Part shown: positions 35,603-44,438 of the stretch, piece by piece
Numbering within the stretch: position 1 is the stretch's first letter
Layout of the letters: every line of letters begins with the position of its first letter
NCBI GenBank assembly: GCA_900545015.1
Contig: UQXJ01000007.1
Coordinates: 2,983 to 66,982 of the forward strand
Source of the DNA: an uncultured Mollicutes bacterium
GTDB lineage: Bacteria > Bacillota_I > Bacilli_A > RFN20 > CAG-826
Reading direction: 5' to 3'
DNA: 64,000 nt
Notes under the pieces: model-generated
The model's input: only the letters and a program-made list of their open reading frames with translations
The model's database searches: none
Told to the model about the DNA's origin: nothing
Program-made: the position numbers and the translations under genes

Positions 35603-38600
35603 CTTTTATCATTACCTTTTTCTTAGAATTATATATCTTATCAACGATTTTAAGTATTTCAATCAACAAGTCAATCCACCCATCATTTTTATCAATGCTA
35701 ATGTAAATTAATCTATCTCTATACATTATTTTAATTTTATTCACATACATTATTAAAGAAGTAAAAAGTGTAGAGCCGATACCTTTTATTTCGCAAAACT
35801 TTTCACTTAAAATAATTTCTACTCTTTTAGGATATTCGTTATACTTTTCAAATTCTTCTTGTTGTAAATACAAAACAACAGTTCTTTTTGTAAATAGAGA
35901 AATAACTGACTCAGGAATTTTTCCATATTGATCTTTAAGTTCTGCCATCAAAGAATCTAATGAATATACATTTTTACAATCTAATATTTTTTGGTAAATT
36001 TCAATTTTTTCATCGTTTTTCGCAAACTTTTTAGGAATGTATACATCTAAATCATTTAAAGCTTTAACTTCTTTAAAAGTCTCTTTTTTTCTAATTCCTT
36101 TTTTCTCATCTATAGATTCATTAAGTAATCTTATATACATATCAATGCCTACTTCATCTATAAAACCAGCTTGTTCTTTTCCTAGAATGTCACCAGCACC
36201 TCTAATTAACAAATCTCTTTGAGCAATCTTATATCCACTTCCAAGCTCAGTAAAATCTTGAATAGCTTTTAATCTCTTTTTAGAATCCTCAGTTATAGTT
36301 TTCCTACCATTTATCATTAAATAAGCAAAAGCCATTTTATCGCCACGGCCAACTCTTCCTTTTATTTGATAAAGTTGAGCGAGTCCAAAACGATCCGCAT
36401 TTTCAATTAATAAAAGATTGGCATTTCTAACATCAATTCCGTTTTCGATAATTGTCGTTGCAAGTAAGATATTAATCTCACCCTCATAAAATTCATGCAT
36501 GACTTGGTCGATGTCTTCTTTATCCATTTTGCCATGAATTACGCCTATTCTTGCTTCAGAAACTAAATTTTGCAATTTTAGTTGCTTTTCATAAATAGAA
36601 GCGACCTCGTTATAAACATAATAAACTTGTCCATTTCGAGCTAACTCACGTTTAATTAGTTCCTTTATAACTGCTTCATCATAATCTATGACATAAGTTT
36701 GAATTGGCATTCTTTCGCTTGGAGGCGTTTCAATTTTCGAAATGTTTTTTAAGCCCACAAGACTCGATTGAAGTGTACGTGGAATTGGAGTTGCACTTAG
36801 AGTTAAAACATCAATGTTATGATATTTTTCTTTTATTTTCTCTTTTTGTTCTACACCGAATCTTTGTTCCTCATCAATAATAAGTAAACCTAAATCTTTA
36901 AAATTTATTTCTTTGCCTAGAACTTTATGTGTTCCAATAAGTAGATCTATTTTCCCTTCCTTTAAAAGTTTTTTAATTTCAGTAACTTCTTTTGCAGTGT
37001 TCATTCTAGATAAAAAAGCAATCTTTACCCCAAAATCTTTGAATCTATTAACTGCAACTTTATAGTGTTGCATAGCTAAAACTGTAGTTGGTGAAAGCAA
37101 GCAGACTTGTTTGCCACTTAAAATTGCTTTCATTGCTGCTTCAAAAGCAACTTCAGTTTTTCCAAATCCAACATCTCCACATAAAAGCCTATCCATTGGA
37201 TGTGGTTTTTCCATATCTTCTTTAATTTCTTTAATTGATTCAACTTGATCCGCTGTTAGTGAATGTGAAAATTTCTTTTCAAACATTTCTTGAATTTCAT
37301 CATCAGGTTTAAATGCGTAGCCAGGAATCTTAGCTCGTTCTTGATAAAGAGATAAGAGCCTATCAGCTAAATCATCAACTTTATCTTTTATTTTCTTTTT
37401 TGTTTTTTCCCATTGATTAGAATTAAGGTTTGTAAGCCTGGGTGTTGCACCTTCTTTGCCCGTGTATTTTCTAATTAAATTAAATTGATAAAGAGGCACA
37501 TAAAGTTTGTCATTATTTGCATAACTTACTTCGATATAATCGTTATGTTTTCCTCCTACTTCAATAGTATCAATTTTTTCAAAACGACCAATTCCATATT
37601 TTTCATGAACGACATAATCCCCAGGTTCAAGTTCTTCATAACTTCCTAAAATTTTCCCTTGTTTAAATTTTGTAGAATATGTTTTTATTTTATTTTTTCC
37701 TAAAAATAAATCTGTGTAACTTAAAAGAGCAACTGAATCATTTAAAAGTTCAAAAGAAATAGGAAAATTATTCTTAACGATTGTGATTTTATTATCATCA
37801 GCGTTGAACTCATTAGTGATAATGTAATCTTTATTAATATCTTTTAAAATCTCTTCAATTGTTTTAATTTGGCTTTCATCATTAAGGGCTAAAACAATTT
37901 TATAATTTTGAGTTATTAAGGATTCAATCATCAATTTGGCATTCATATTTTTTGGATTTAAATAATCAATGCTTTTTAATGGAATTGAAGTATCTTCTTT
38001 ATGTATAAAGAAAGGATTTAATGTAATAACTTTGTTAGCTTTTTTATAAATATCTATGCTTTCGTTAAAATATGAAAGGTGAGAAATACATTTTTTATTT
38101 TCTTGTAATTCAAGTAAGAACTTTCTTCCTTCATCAAAAGACAAGTCTCTTGATTTATTAAAGTCATCAAAATTTGAAATAATAATCGAATAATTTGATA
38201 AATAATCTAGGAATGTAGTGTAAAAACCTTGCAAAAACCAAATATATTTATAATTTTTAGATGAGATGATGCCTGTTTTAATTTCATCAATGTCTAATCT
38301 TAAATTATCTTTTAATAGTTCTTTATCTTCTTCATTAAGATTGGTTGAATCTTTTTTAAATTGATTTTCGATTTTGCTTTCTGCACTTAAAAGTTCTTCA
38401 TCAGTTAATAAATTAATCGAAGCAGGAATAATTGTTACATCATCTAAATTTTGATAAGAGGTTTGAGTATCAATTTTAAACATTCTAATTGACTCAATTA
38501 AAGTATCAAAAAATTCAATTCTAATTGGGTCAGGATAATTTAAAGAATATACGTCAATTACTCCACCTCTTGATGCATATTCTAATGATTGATCGATTTT

Positions 38601-39077
38601 GTTGACTTTTATGTATCCTAATTTTAGTAATTTTGCTTTTAATTTTTCGAAATCAACTTCATCTCCAACTTTTAAGTTAATAAAAGAATTATCAAAAAGT
38701 TCGACAGAAGGATAGTAGCGATAAAGTGAATTAGGAGTAACGATAATGATGTTATGTTTACTATGCCTTGCTTTATATAAGCAATAAATTTGCTCGCATT
38801 TAATTTCTTTTGATTCACTGATATATTCAGTTCTAATTAAATCATCATTAGGTAAAAGAATTATCTTTTCTTTATCAAGATAAGCTGCTAAATAACTAAA
38901 TAAATTATTTGCATCAAAAGAATTTGGACAATAAACAATAATATTTTCTTCACTTTCGTTATATTTTTTAACAATCGAAAGAAAACTGCCTATTTTAGAG
39001 TCTACAACAAAAAATTCATTCTTCGATGAAGACGAATAATTAAATAAATTAAGTGCTAAGTCTAAAATATTTGTCAA
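35592..39077 (-). CDS. mfd: Transcription-repair coupling factor
   Basis: 1161 aa. CarD/RID region (GDYVVHEKYGIGRF), helicase motif I CGDVGFGKTEV, DEEQRFG, and the TRG motif region. Confidence 0.96.
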   Translation of the reverse strand: MTNILDLALNLFNYSSSSKNEFFVVDSKIGSFLSIVKKYNESEENIIVYCPNSFDANNLFSYLAAYLDKEKIILLPNDDLIRTEYISESKEIKCEQIYCLYKARHSKHNIIIVTPNSLYRYYPSVELFDNSFINLKVGDEVDFEKLKAKLLKLGYIKVNKIDQSLEYASRGGVIDVYSLNYPDPIRIEFFDTLIESIRMFKIDTQTSYQNLDDVTIIPASINLLTDEELLSAESKIENQFKKDSTNLNEEDKELLKDNLRLDIDEIKTGIISSKNYKYIWFLQGFYTTFLDYLSNYSIIISNFDDFNKSRDLSFDEGRKFLLELQENKKCISHLSYFNESIDIYKKANKVITLNPFFIHKEDTSIPLKSIDYLNPKNMNAKLMIESLITQNYKIVLALNDESQIKTIEEILKDINKDYIITNEFNADDNKITIVKNNFPISFELLNDSVALLSYTDLFLGKNKIKTYSTKFKQGKILGSYEELEPGDYVVHEKYGIGRFEKIDTIEVGGKHNDYIEVSYANNDKLYVPLYQFNLIRKYTGKEGATPRLTNLNSNQWEKTKKKIKDKVDDLADRLLSLYQERAKIPGYAFKPDDEIQEMFEKKFSHSLTADQVESIKEIKEDMEKPHPMDRLLCGDVGFGKTEVAFEAAMKAILSGKQVCLLSPTTVLAMQHYKVAVNRFKDFGVKIAFLSRMNTAKEVTEIKKLLKEGKIDLLIGTHKVLGKEINFKDLGLLIIDEEQRFGVEQKEKIKEKYHNIDVLTLSATPIPRTLQSSLVGLKNISKIETPPSERMPIQTYVIDYDEAVIKELIKRELARNGQVYYVYNEVASIYEKQLKLQNLVSEARIGVIHGKMDKEDIDQVMHEFYEGEINILLATTIIENGIDVRNANLLLIENADRFGLAQLYQIKGRVGRGDKMAFAYLMINGRKTITEDSKKRLKAIQDFTELGSGYKIAQRDLLIRGAGDILGKEQAGFIDEVGIDMYIRLLNESIDEKKGIRKKETFKEVKALNDLDVYIPKKFAKNDEKIEIYQKILDCKNVYSLDSLMAELKDQYGKIPESVISLFTKRTVVLYLQQEEFEKYNEYPKRVEIILSEKFCEIKGIGSTLFTSLIMYVNKIKIMYRDRLIYISIDKNDGWIDLLIEILKIVDKIYNSKKKVMIKDEN

Positions 39078-39086
39078 TTTAAGTCC

Positions 39087-39641
39087 TTATTTATTAAAGG
39101 CATTCATTGCTTTATCAAAATTTTCTTTTAAAGCTAGCTTAATAGCGCTTACTGCATCATCTTGTTCTTTTTCGAGGATTTCTCTTTCTTCCTTTGTTGG
39201 TTTATTTAAAACAAAATCAACAACATTTCCTCTTGGATGACCTGTACCAATTTTTATACGTTTAAATTCTTGAGTTCCTAAATTATTGATAATAGATTTT
39301 ATTCCGTTATGACCACCGCTAGACCCTTTAATTTTTAATTTAATGTGTCCTAATTCAGTATCCATGTCATCATAAATTACTATCATATTTGAGACTGGAA
39401 TTTTGTAAAAATTAAGAACTTGAATTATAGAATCTCCGCTTAAATTCATATAAGTCATAGGCTTTAATACAATTAAATCTTTATCAAAATATTTACATTT
39501 TGTGTATACGCCTTTAAACGCTTCCTTATCAAAGGTGATGCCTAGAGAATCAATAAATTTATCAACTACATCAAACCCCATATTATGGTGTGTGTGCTCA
39601 TATTCTTTACCTGGATTTCCTAAGCCGACTATTAAATACAT
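39087..39641 (-). CDS. pth: Peptidyl-tRNA hydrolase
   Basis: 184 aa. MYLIVGLGNPGKEYEHTHHNMGF...GGHNGIKSI. Confidence 0.95.
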   Translation of the reverse strand: MYLIVGLGNPGKEYEHTHHNMGFDVVDKFIDSLGITFDKEAFKGVYTKCKYFDKDLIVLKPMTYMNLSGDSIIQVLNFYKIPVSNMIVIYDDMDTELGHIKLKIKGSSGGHNGIKSIINNLGTQEFKRIKIGTGHPRGNVVDFVLNKPTKEEREILEKEQDDAVSAIKLALKENFDKAMNAFNK

Positions 39642-39707
39642 AAACTACCTTCAATCCACTTATTATAAACGTTTAATCAATATTTGAAAATAGTTTTTTT
39701 AAAAATA

Positions 39708-39743
39708 TTTATAAAAAACTTCGCAAAACTCGATTATTTTTGA
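39708..39743 (+). repeat. Recurrent motif, copy C
   Basis: TTT ATA AAA AAC TTC GCA AAA CTC GAT TAT TTT TGA, in the pth/tetR divergent intergenic region 47 nt upstream of the tetR -35 box. Confidence 0.75.
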
Positions 39744-39789
39744 TAAAATACAAATAAAGAGACATTTTTTGATATTTTGTTTAGTTATA

Positions 39790-39817
39790 TTGACAAGATT
39801 TCGAAAGATAATAAAAT
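39790..39817 (+). promoter_or_regulatory. Probable promoter of the tetR-ABC operon, with an internal palindrome
   Basis: TTGACA (39790-39795), 16-nt spacer, TAAAAT (39812-39817). The spacer contains the 8-bp palindrome TTTCGAAA, a candidate TetR operator half-sites. The ATG at 39833 is only about 10 nt from the expected TSS and has no SD, so the mRNA is nearly leaderless. Confidence 0.5.
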
Positions 39818-39832
39818 TTTCATGTAGTAAAT

Positions 39833-40450
39833 ATGCCAAAGACTTTTAAGCAAAACAAAGAAATTAAAGAGAAGCGAAGAGAAAATATTCTCGACACTTC
39901 GTTAAATTTATTCATCAAATATGGATATGAAAACGTATCCATTGATTCAATTTCTAATGCTTTAAAATGTTCACACAGTTTGCTCTACCACTATTTCATA
40001 AATAAAGAGGAAATTTATAAAGCCTTAGATGATACTAGTTGGTCGTTATTAAATGAAATATTTTTGTCCCTTGATGAAACAGATCCTGGATTTAAATTAA
40101 TTCAGAAACTTACAGACGAAATATTTAATTTAATATATATAGAAGATAGAAACGCTAAACTTATTGCTTTGTTTTTTGAAGATAAATTAAATAAAGTAAA
40201 TGGTGGATTATCAATTAAAGATTCTTTATCGAAAAAGAAAATATTCACTTTAATTTTTAAATCTCTCTCTATTATTAAAAAAGGTATAGATAAAAACGAT
40301 AAATTTAGCATTAATGAAATTGTTATTTTATATTTTTCTTTTATTAAAGATAGTGCATTAAATAAAATTCATTATCCAAATTTATTTAAATCAAAACCTG
40401 ATATAAATTATTTCTTTCTATTAATTAATAAGGAGGATGCAAATGTCTAA
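39833..40450 (+). CDS. TetR/AcrR-family transcriptional regulator
   Basis: 205 aa. N-terminal HTH RRENILDTSLNLFIKYGYENVSIDSISNALKCSHSLLYHYF. Confidence 0.88.
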   Translation: MPKTFKQNKEIKEKRRENILDTSLNLFIKYGYENVSIDSISNALKCSHSLLYHYFINKEEIYKALDDTSWSLLNEIFLSLDETDPGFKLIQKLTDEIFNLIYIEDRNAKLIALFFEDKLNKVNGGLSIKDSLSKKKIFTLIFKSLSIIKKGIDKNDKFSINEIVILYFSFIKDSALNKIHYPNLFKSKPDINYFFLLINKEDANV

Positions 40451-42275
40451 AATTTTAAGATTTTTGAAGAAAAAGCGGTATGTAATTTCGATTATCGCTA
40501 TTGCTATTATTTGCCAGTGCTATCTACAACTCATGCTTCCTGAATATATGGGTAAAATTACAAAACTCATCGTTTCTTCATCGGATGATAAAGTACAAAA
40601 TATTCTTGTTACAGGTGGATGGATGGTATTTGTTGCTTTTGGCGTTGTTTGCTTAGCAACTATTCAAAATATTTTAGGTTCTTATCTTAGTGCTTTTGTT
40701 GGCAAAGAATTACGTATTGAAGTTTTTTATAAAGTAAATAATATTTCTTTATCTCAATATAATTCTTTTGGGACTGGTACTTTAATCACAAGAACCACAA
40801 ACGATATTGAGCAAGTTAAAACTTACATTTTAATGGCTATAAGAATCGTTTTCATGTCACCTACTTTTATGATTATTGGTTTAGCAAAAGCTTTAGGAGC
40901 TGATTCTAGATTAACAATAGTTTTAGCGATTTGTATTCCTTTAATTATTATATTAATGTGTATCCTTCTTAAATTAGCTAATCCATTATTTAAAAAGATG
41001 CAAGAAAAGATTGATAATCTTACAATTGTTACTCGTGAAAATTTAACAGGTGTTCGTGTTATTAGAGCTTATAATCAAGAAGAAACAGAATATAAAAAAT
41101 TTAAATTTGCTAATACTGACTTAGCAAAAACACAAAAGAAAGTTAATAGAATCATGAGTTTTGCTAATCCTGTTGTTTCTATTATCTTTAATATTGCTTA
41201 TATTGGAATTTTTGCTCTTGGATTTTATTTTATAAATGGTCAATCATTTTTGGTTAATGGAACAATGAATACTGATGTTTTAAATGTCATTTCTAATGTT
41301 GTCGTTGTTGCTCAATACGCTATGCAAATCATGCAATCATTTATTATGTTTGCAATGATTTTAATTATGCTCCCTCAAGCTAGTGTTTCAGCAAAACGTA
41401 TTAATGAAATTTTAGAAACAAAAAATCCAATAAATGATGTTGAAGTTGATGAAAAATCAATGGAACAATTTAAAAATAGAAAAGAAAAAGGTGTCCTTTC
41501 CTTTAATAATGTTTCTTTCGCTTATCCTAATAGTGATAAAAAATGTATAGAAGGCATAAGTTTTGAAACAAAGCCAGGAAAAACTACTGCTATTATTGGT
41601 TCCACTGGAAGTGGAAAATCAACAATCATAAATTTAATTCCTAGATTTTATGATGCTACTGAAGGAAATATTACACTAGATGGTGTAGATATTAAAAAGA
41701 TTAAAGTAAAAGATTTGCGTGATCAAATTGGATTTGTTCCTCAAAAAGCAAATTTATTTAAAGGAAATATTAAAGATAATATTAGGTTTGGTAAAAAAGA
41801 TGCAACTGATGAAGAAATAAATAAAGCACTTGAAGTTGCTCAAGCTGAACATTTTATTTCAAAACTTCCTGACGGATTAGATACTTTTGTTTCTCAAGGC
41901 GGTAAAAACTTCTCAGGTGGTCAAAAACAAAGACTTTGTATCGCTAGAGCTTTAGTTAAAAAACCTGAAATTTATGTTTTTGATGATAGTTTTTCAGCAC
42001 TTGATTTTAAGACAGATGCAAGACTAAGATACGCATTATCAAATTATATCGGCGACTCATCTGTTATTGTTGTTGCACAAAGAATTTCATCGATTTTAAC
42101 AGCAGATACTATTGTTGTTTTAAATGATGGAAAAATGGTTGGAAAAGGCACTCATGAAGAGCTTTTAAAATCATGCCCTGTCTATCAAGACATTGTTAAA
42201 TCTCAACTTGATGAAGATGAAATCAATAAAACTTTAAAGATGAATAAAGAAGTAGCTTTAGGAGGTAACAAATAA
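40443..42275 (+). CDS. ABC exporter, fused permease/ATPase (type I, multidrug-like), subunit 1
   Basis: The ORF opens at ATG 40437, directly abutting AAGGAGG. ATG 40443 has the proper 6-nt spacing. Six-TM domain, Walker A GSTGSGKST, signature FSGGQKQR, Walker B IYVFDDSFSALD. Confidence 0.9.
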   Translation: MSKILRFLKKKRYVISIIAIAIICQCYLQLMLPEYMGKITKLIVSSSDDKVQNILVTGGWMVFVAFGVVCLATIQNILGSYLSAFVGKELRIEVFYKVNNISLSQYNSFGTGTLITRTTNDIEQVKTYILMAIRIVFMSPTFMIIGLAKALGADSRLTIVLAICIPLIIILMCILLKLANPLFKKMQEKIDNLTIVTRENLTGVRVIRAYNQEETEYKKFKFANTDLAKTQKKVNRIMSFANPVVSIIFNIAYIGIFALGFYFINGQSFLVNGTMNTDVLNVISNVVVVAQYAMQIMQSFIMFAMILIMLPQASVSAKRINEILETKNPINDVEVDEKSMEQFKNRKEKGVLSFNNVSFAYPNSDKKCIEGISFETKPGKTTAIIGSTGSGKSTIINLIPRFYDATEGNITLDGVDIKKIKVKDLRDQIGFVPQKANLFKGNIKDNIRFGKKDATDEEINKALEVAQAEHFISKLPDGLDTFVSQGGKNFSGGQKQRLCIARALVKKPEIYVFDDSFSALDFKTDARLRYALSNYIGDSSVIVVAQRISSILTADTIVVLNDGKMVGKGTHEELLKSCPVYQDIVKSQLDEDEINKTLKMNKEVALGGNK

Positions 42276-44374
42276 TGCCAGGTCCAAGAAAAATGGCTAT
42301 TAGTAAGCCAAAAAATGCTAAAGCTACTACTCATAGAATGCTTAAAGATTTTAAAAATGAAAGAATTAAAATCATATTTGTTATTGTTCTTGCTATCGCT
42401 GGAGCAGTTTTAAGTATAATCACACCAATTATATTAGGTAATTTCTTAAACAACGCATTGCCTAAAGAAGGTAGTGATATTACAAGTAGTCCATTATTTA
42501 ATTTTGACTTTATAAATAACGTAATTACTATTAAATGGGATTACTTCTTCTCCAATTTTGGATTAATGTTAGGCCTATACGCAGCAAGTGCTATTTTAAG
42601 CTGGGCGAGTGAATTTATTACAGTTGGAATTTCTACTAAATACGCTTATGACTATAGAGATAAAATAATTCAAAAATTAGATAAATTGCCTTTAAATTAT
42701 TACGATAAAGTTCCTTATGGAGATACACTTTCAGTATGTACAAACGATGTTGATAATGTTTCAAGAAATTTGCAATCAATCATCGTTCAAACTACAAGTG
42801 GTATTGCTTTGTTTTTAGGATCATTAATTGCAATGTTTATTTACGACTATAGACTTGCATTTATCGCTCTTATTACGCTTCCAATTACATTAATTGTTGT
42901 ATTTTTAATAGCTAAAAATAGTCAAAAACTCTTTAAGTCTTATAGAAAAGAACTTGGTATATTAAACGGAAAAGTTGAAGAAAATTATGCTGGAATTGAT
43001 GTTATTAAATTATTTAATAAAGAAGAAGACGTTGAAAAAGAATTTGATGAAGTAAATAAAAGAATGTCTAAAGCAGACTTCCTCTCTCAATTCTTTGCAG
43101 GTTTTATTTTCCCAACTACTATCTTTATTAATAATGTTGCTTATGTTGCTATCGCTGTTGCAGGTGGCGTCATTGGTCAAGTTGGTACAATCATAACATT
43201 CTTAAATTTATTAAATTTATTCACTAGACCATTCCAACAAATTGGTCAAATTGTAAACATTATCCAAAGTGTTTTAGCAAGTGCTGAAAGAATTTATACT
43301 TTGCTTGACGAAGTTGAAGAAATTCCTGATAAAGAAACTGCAATTAAAGATAGTAATGTAATCGAAGGTGAATTTGATCTTAATCATGTTTATTTTCAAT
43401 ATTTAAAAGATAAACCGTTAATCGAAGATTTCACGTTGCACGTTAATAAAGGTGACACCGTTGCAATCGTTGGCCCTACTGGCGCTGGCAAAACAACAAT
43501 GGTTAACCTTATTATGAGATTCTACGAAATTACGAATATAGCTAATTTTGATGACTTAAGAAGAAAAACAATTGCTTGTTATAATGAAATTAATAAATTA
43601 GTCGATAACCCAGAAATCAAATCAATTTCTCTAAATGAAAGCATCGATATTAAAGATGAAACAACAATTCAAAGAGAGAAATTAAGTGAGTATTTATCAA
43701 ACATTATCAAAGAAAATAAAGATAAAGATGAATTAATTCAAAAATTAATTTTCATCAAAGATCACTTAATTAATGTTTTCAATAATGGAAATATTAAACT
43801 TGATAATAAAACAATTTTTAATTATACACGTGGCGCTTTAAGAGGCAGTGTTGGTATGGTTTTACAAGATACCTGGCTCTTTAAAGGAACAATAAGAGAA
43901 AATTTATTATTTGGAGACATTAATGCAACTGATGAAGAAATAGATAATGCTTTAAAAGAGGCACACATCTATCATTTTGTTCAAACATTACCTGGTGGTT
44001 TAGACTTTGTACTTAATGAAGATGGCAATAACGTTTCTCAAGGTCAAAGACAGTTATTAACAATTGCTCGAGCAATCTTATCTAAACCAAAAATTATGAT
44101 TTTAGATGAAGCTACATCTTCAGTTGACACAAGAACAGAAAAACAAATCCAAGATGCTCTTGATAAAATTATGAAAAATAGAACATCATTTGTTATTGCT
44201 CATAGATTATCAACAATTAAAAATGCAAAACTTATTATCGTTATGAAAAAAGGAAAAATTGTTGAAATCGGATCGCATTATGAACTGCTTGCAAAAAATG
44301 GTTTCTATAAAGAATTGTATGAATCTCAATTCAGTGGAAATAACCCAATGAGCAAAGAAGCAGAAGCAAGTTAA
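42275..44374 (+). CDS. ABC exporter, fused permease/ATPase, subunit 2, with an ~85-aa insertion in the ATPase domain
   Basis: 699 aa. Walker A GPTGAGKTT, Q-loop region GMVLQDTWLF, signature VSQGQRQL, Walker B IMILDEATSSVD. The ATAATG overlap with subunit 1 implies a heterodimer. Ends in a triple in-frame stop, TAA TAG TGA. Confidence 0.9.
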   Translation: MPGPRKMAISKPKNAKATTHRMLKDFKNERIKIIFVIVLAIAGAVLSIITPIILGNFLNNALPKEGSDITSSPLFNFDFINNVITIKWDYFFSNFGLMLGLYAASAILSWASEFITVGISTKYAYDYRDKIIQKLDKLPLNYYDKVPYGDTLSVCTNDVDNVSRNLQSIIVQTTSGIALFLGSLIAMFIYDYRLAFIALITLPITLIVVFLIAKNSQKLFKSYRKELGILNGKVEENYAGIDVIKLFNKEEDVEKEFDEVNKRMSKADFLSQFFAGFIFPTTIFINNVAYVAIAVAGGVIGQVGTIITFLNLLNLFTRPFQQIGQIVNIIQSVLASAERIYTLLDEVEEIPDKETAIKDSNVIEGEFDLNHVYFQYLKDKPLIEDFTLHVNKGDTVAIVGPTGAGKTTMVNLIMRFYEITNIANFDDLRRKTIACYNEINKLVDNPEIKSISLNESIDIKDETTIQREKLSEYLSNIIKENKDKDELIQKLIFIKDHLINVFNNGNIKLDNKTIFNYTRGALRGSVGMVLQDTWLFKGTIRENLLFGDINATDEEIDNALKEAHIYHFVQTLPGGLDFVLNEDGNNVSQGQRQLLTIARAILSKPKIMILDEATSSVDTRTEKQIQDALDKIMKNRTSFVIAHRLSTIKNAKLIIVMKKGKIVEIGSHYELLAKNGFYKELYESQFSGNNPMSKEAEAS

Positions 44375-44409
44375 TAGTGAAAAACCTTGCAAAAATCAAC
44401 TATTTTTAG
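44371..44409 (+). repeat. Recurrent motif, copy B
   Basis: TTA ATA GTG AAA AAC CTT GCA AAA ATC AAC TAT TTT TAG, starting within the ABC stop codon region, in the -1 frame relative to the ABC gene. Confidence 0.75.
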
Positions 44410-44413
44410 AGAA

Positions 44414-44438
44414 AGAGTAGGCATTTCTACTCTCTTTT
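44414..44438. terminator. Weak hairpin between the convergent ABC and FGGY-kinase genes
   Basis: AGAGTAG-GCATTT-CTACTCT then CTTTT. The 3' arm overlaps the kinase stop codon. The T tract is short. Confidence 0.4.
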
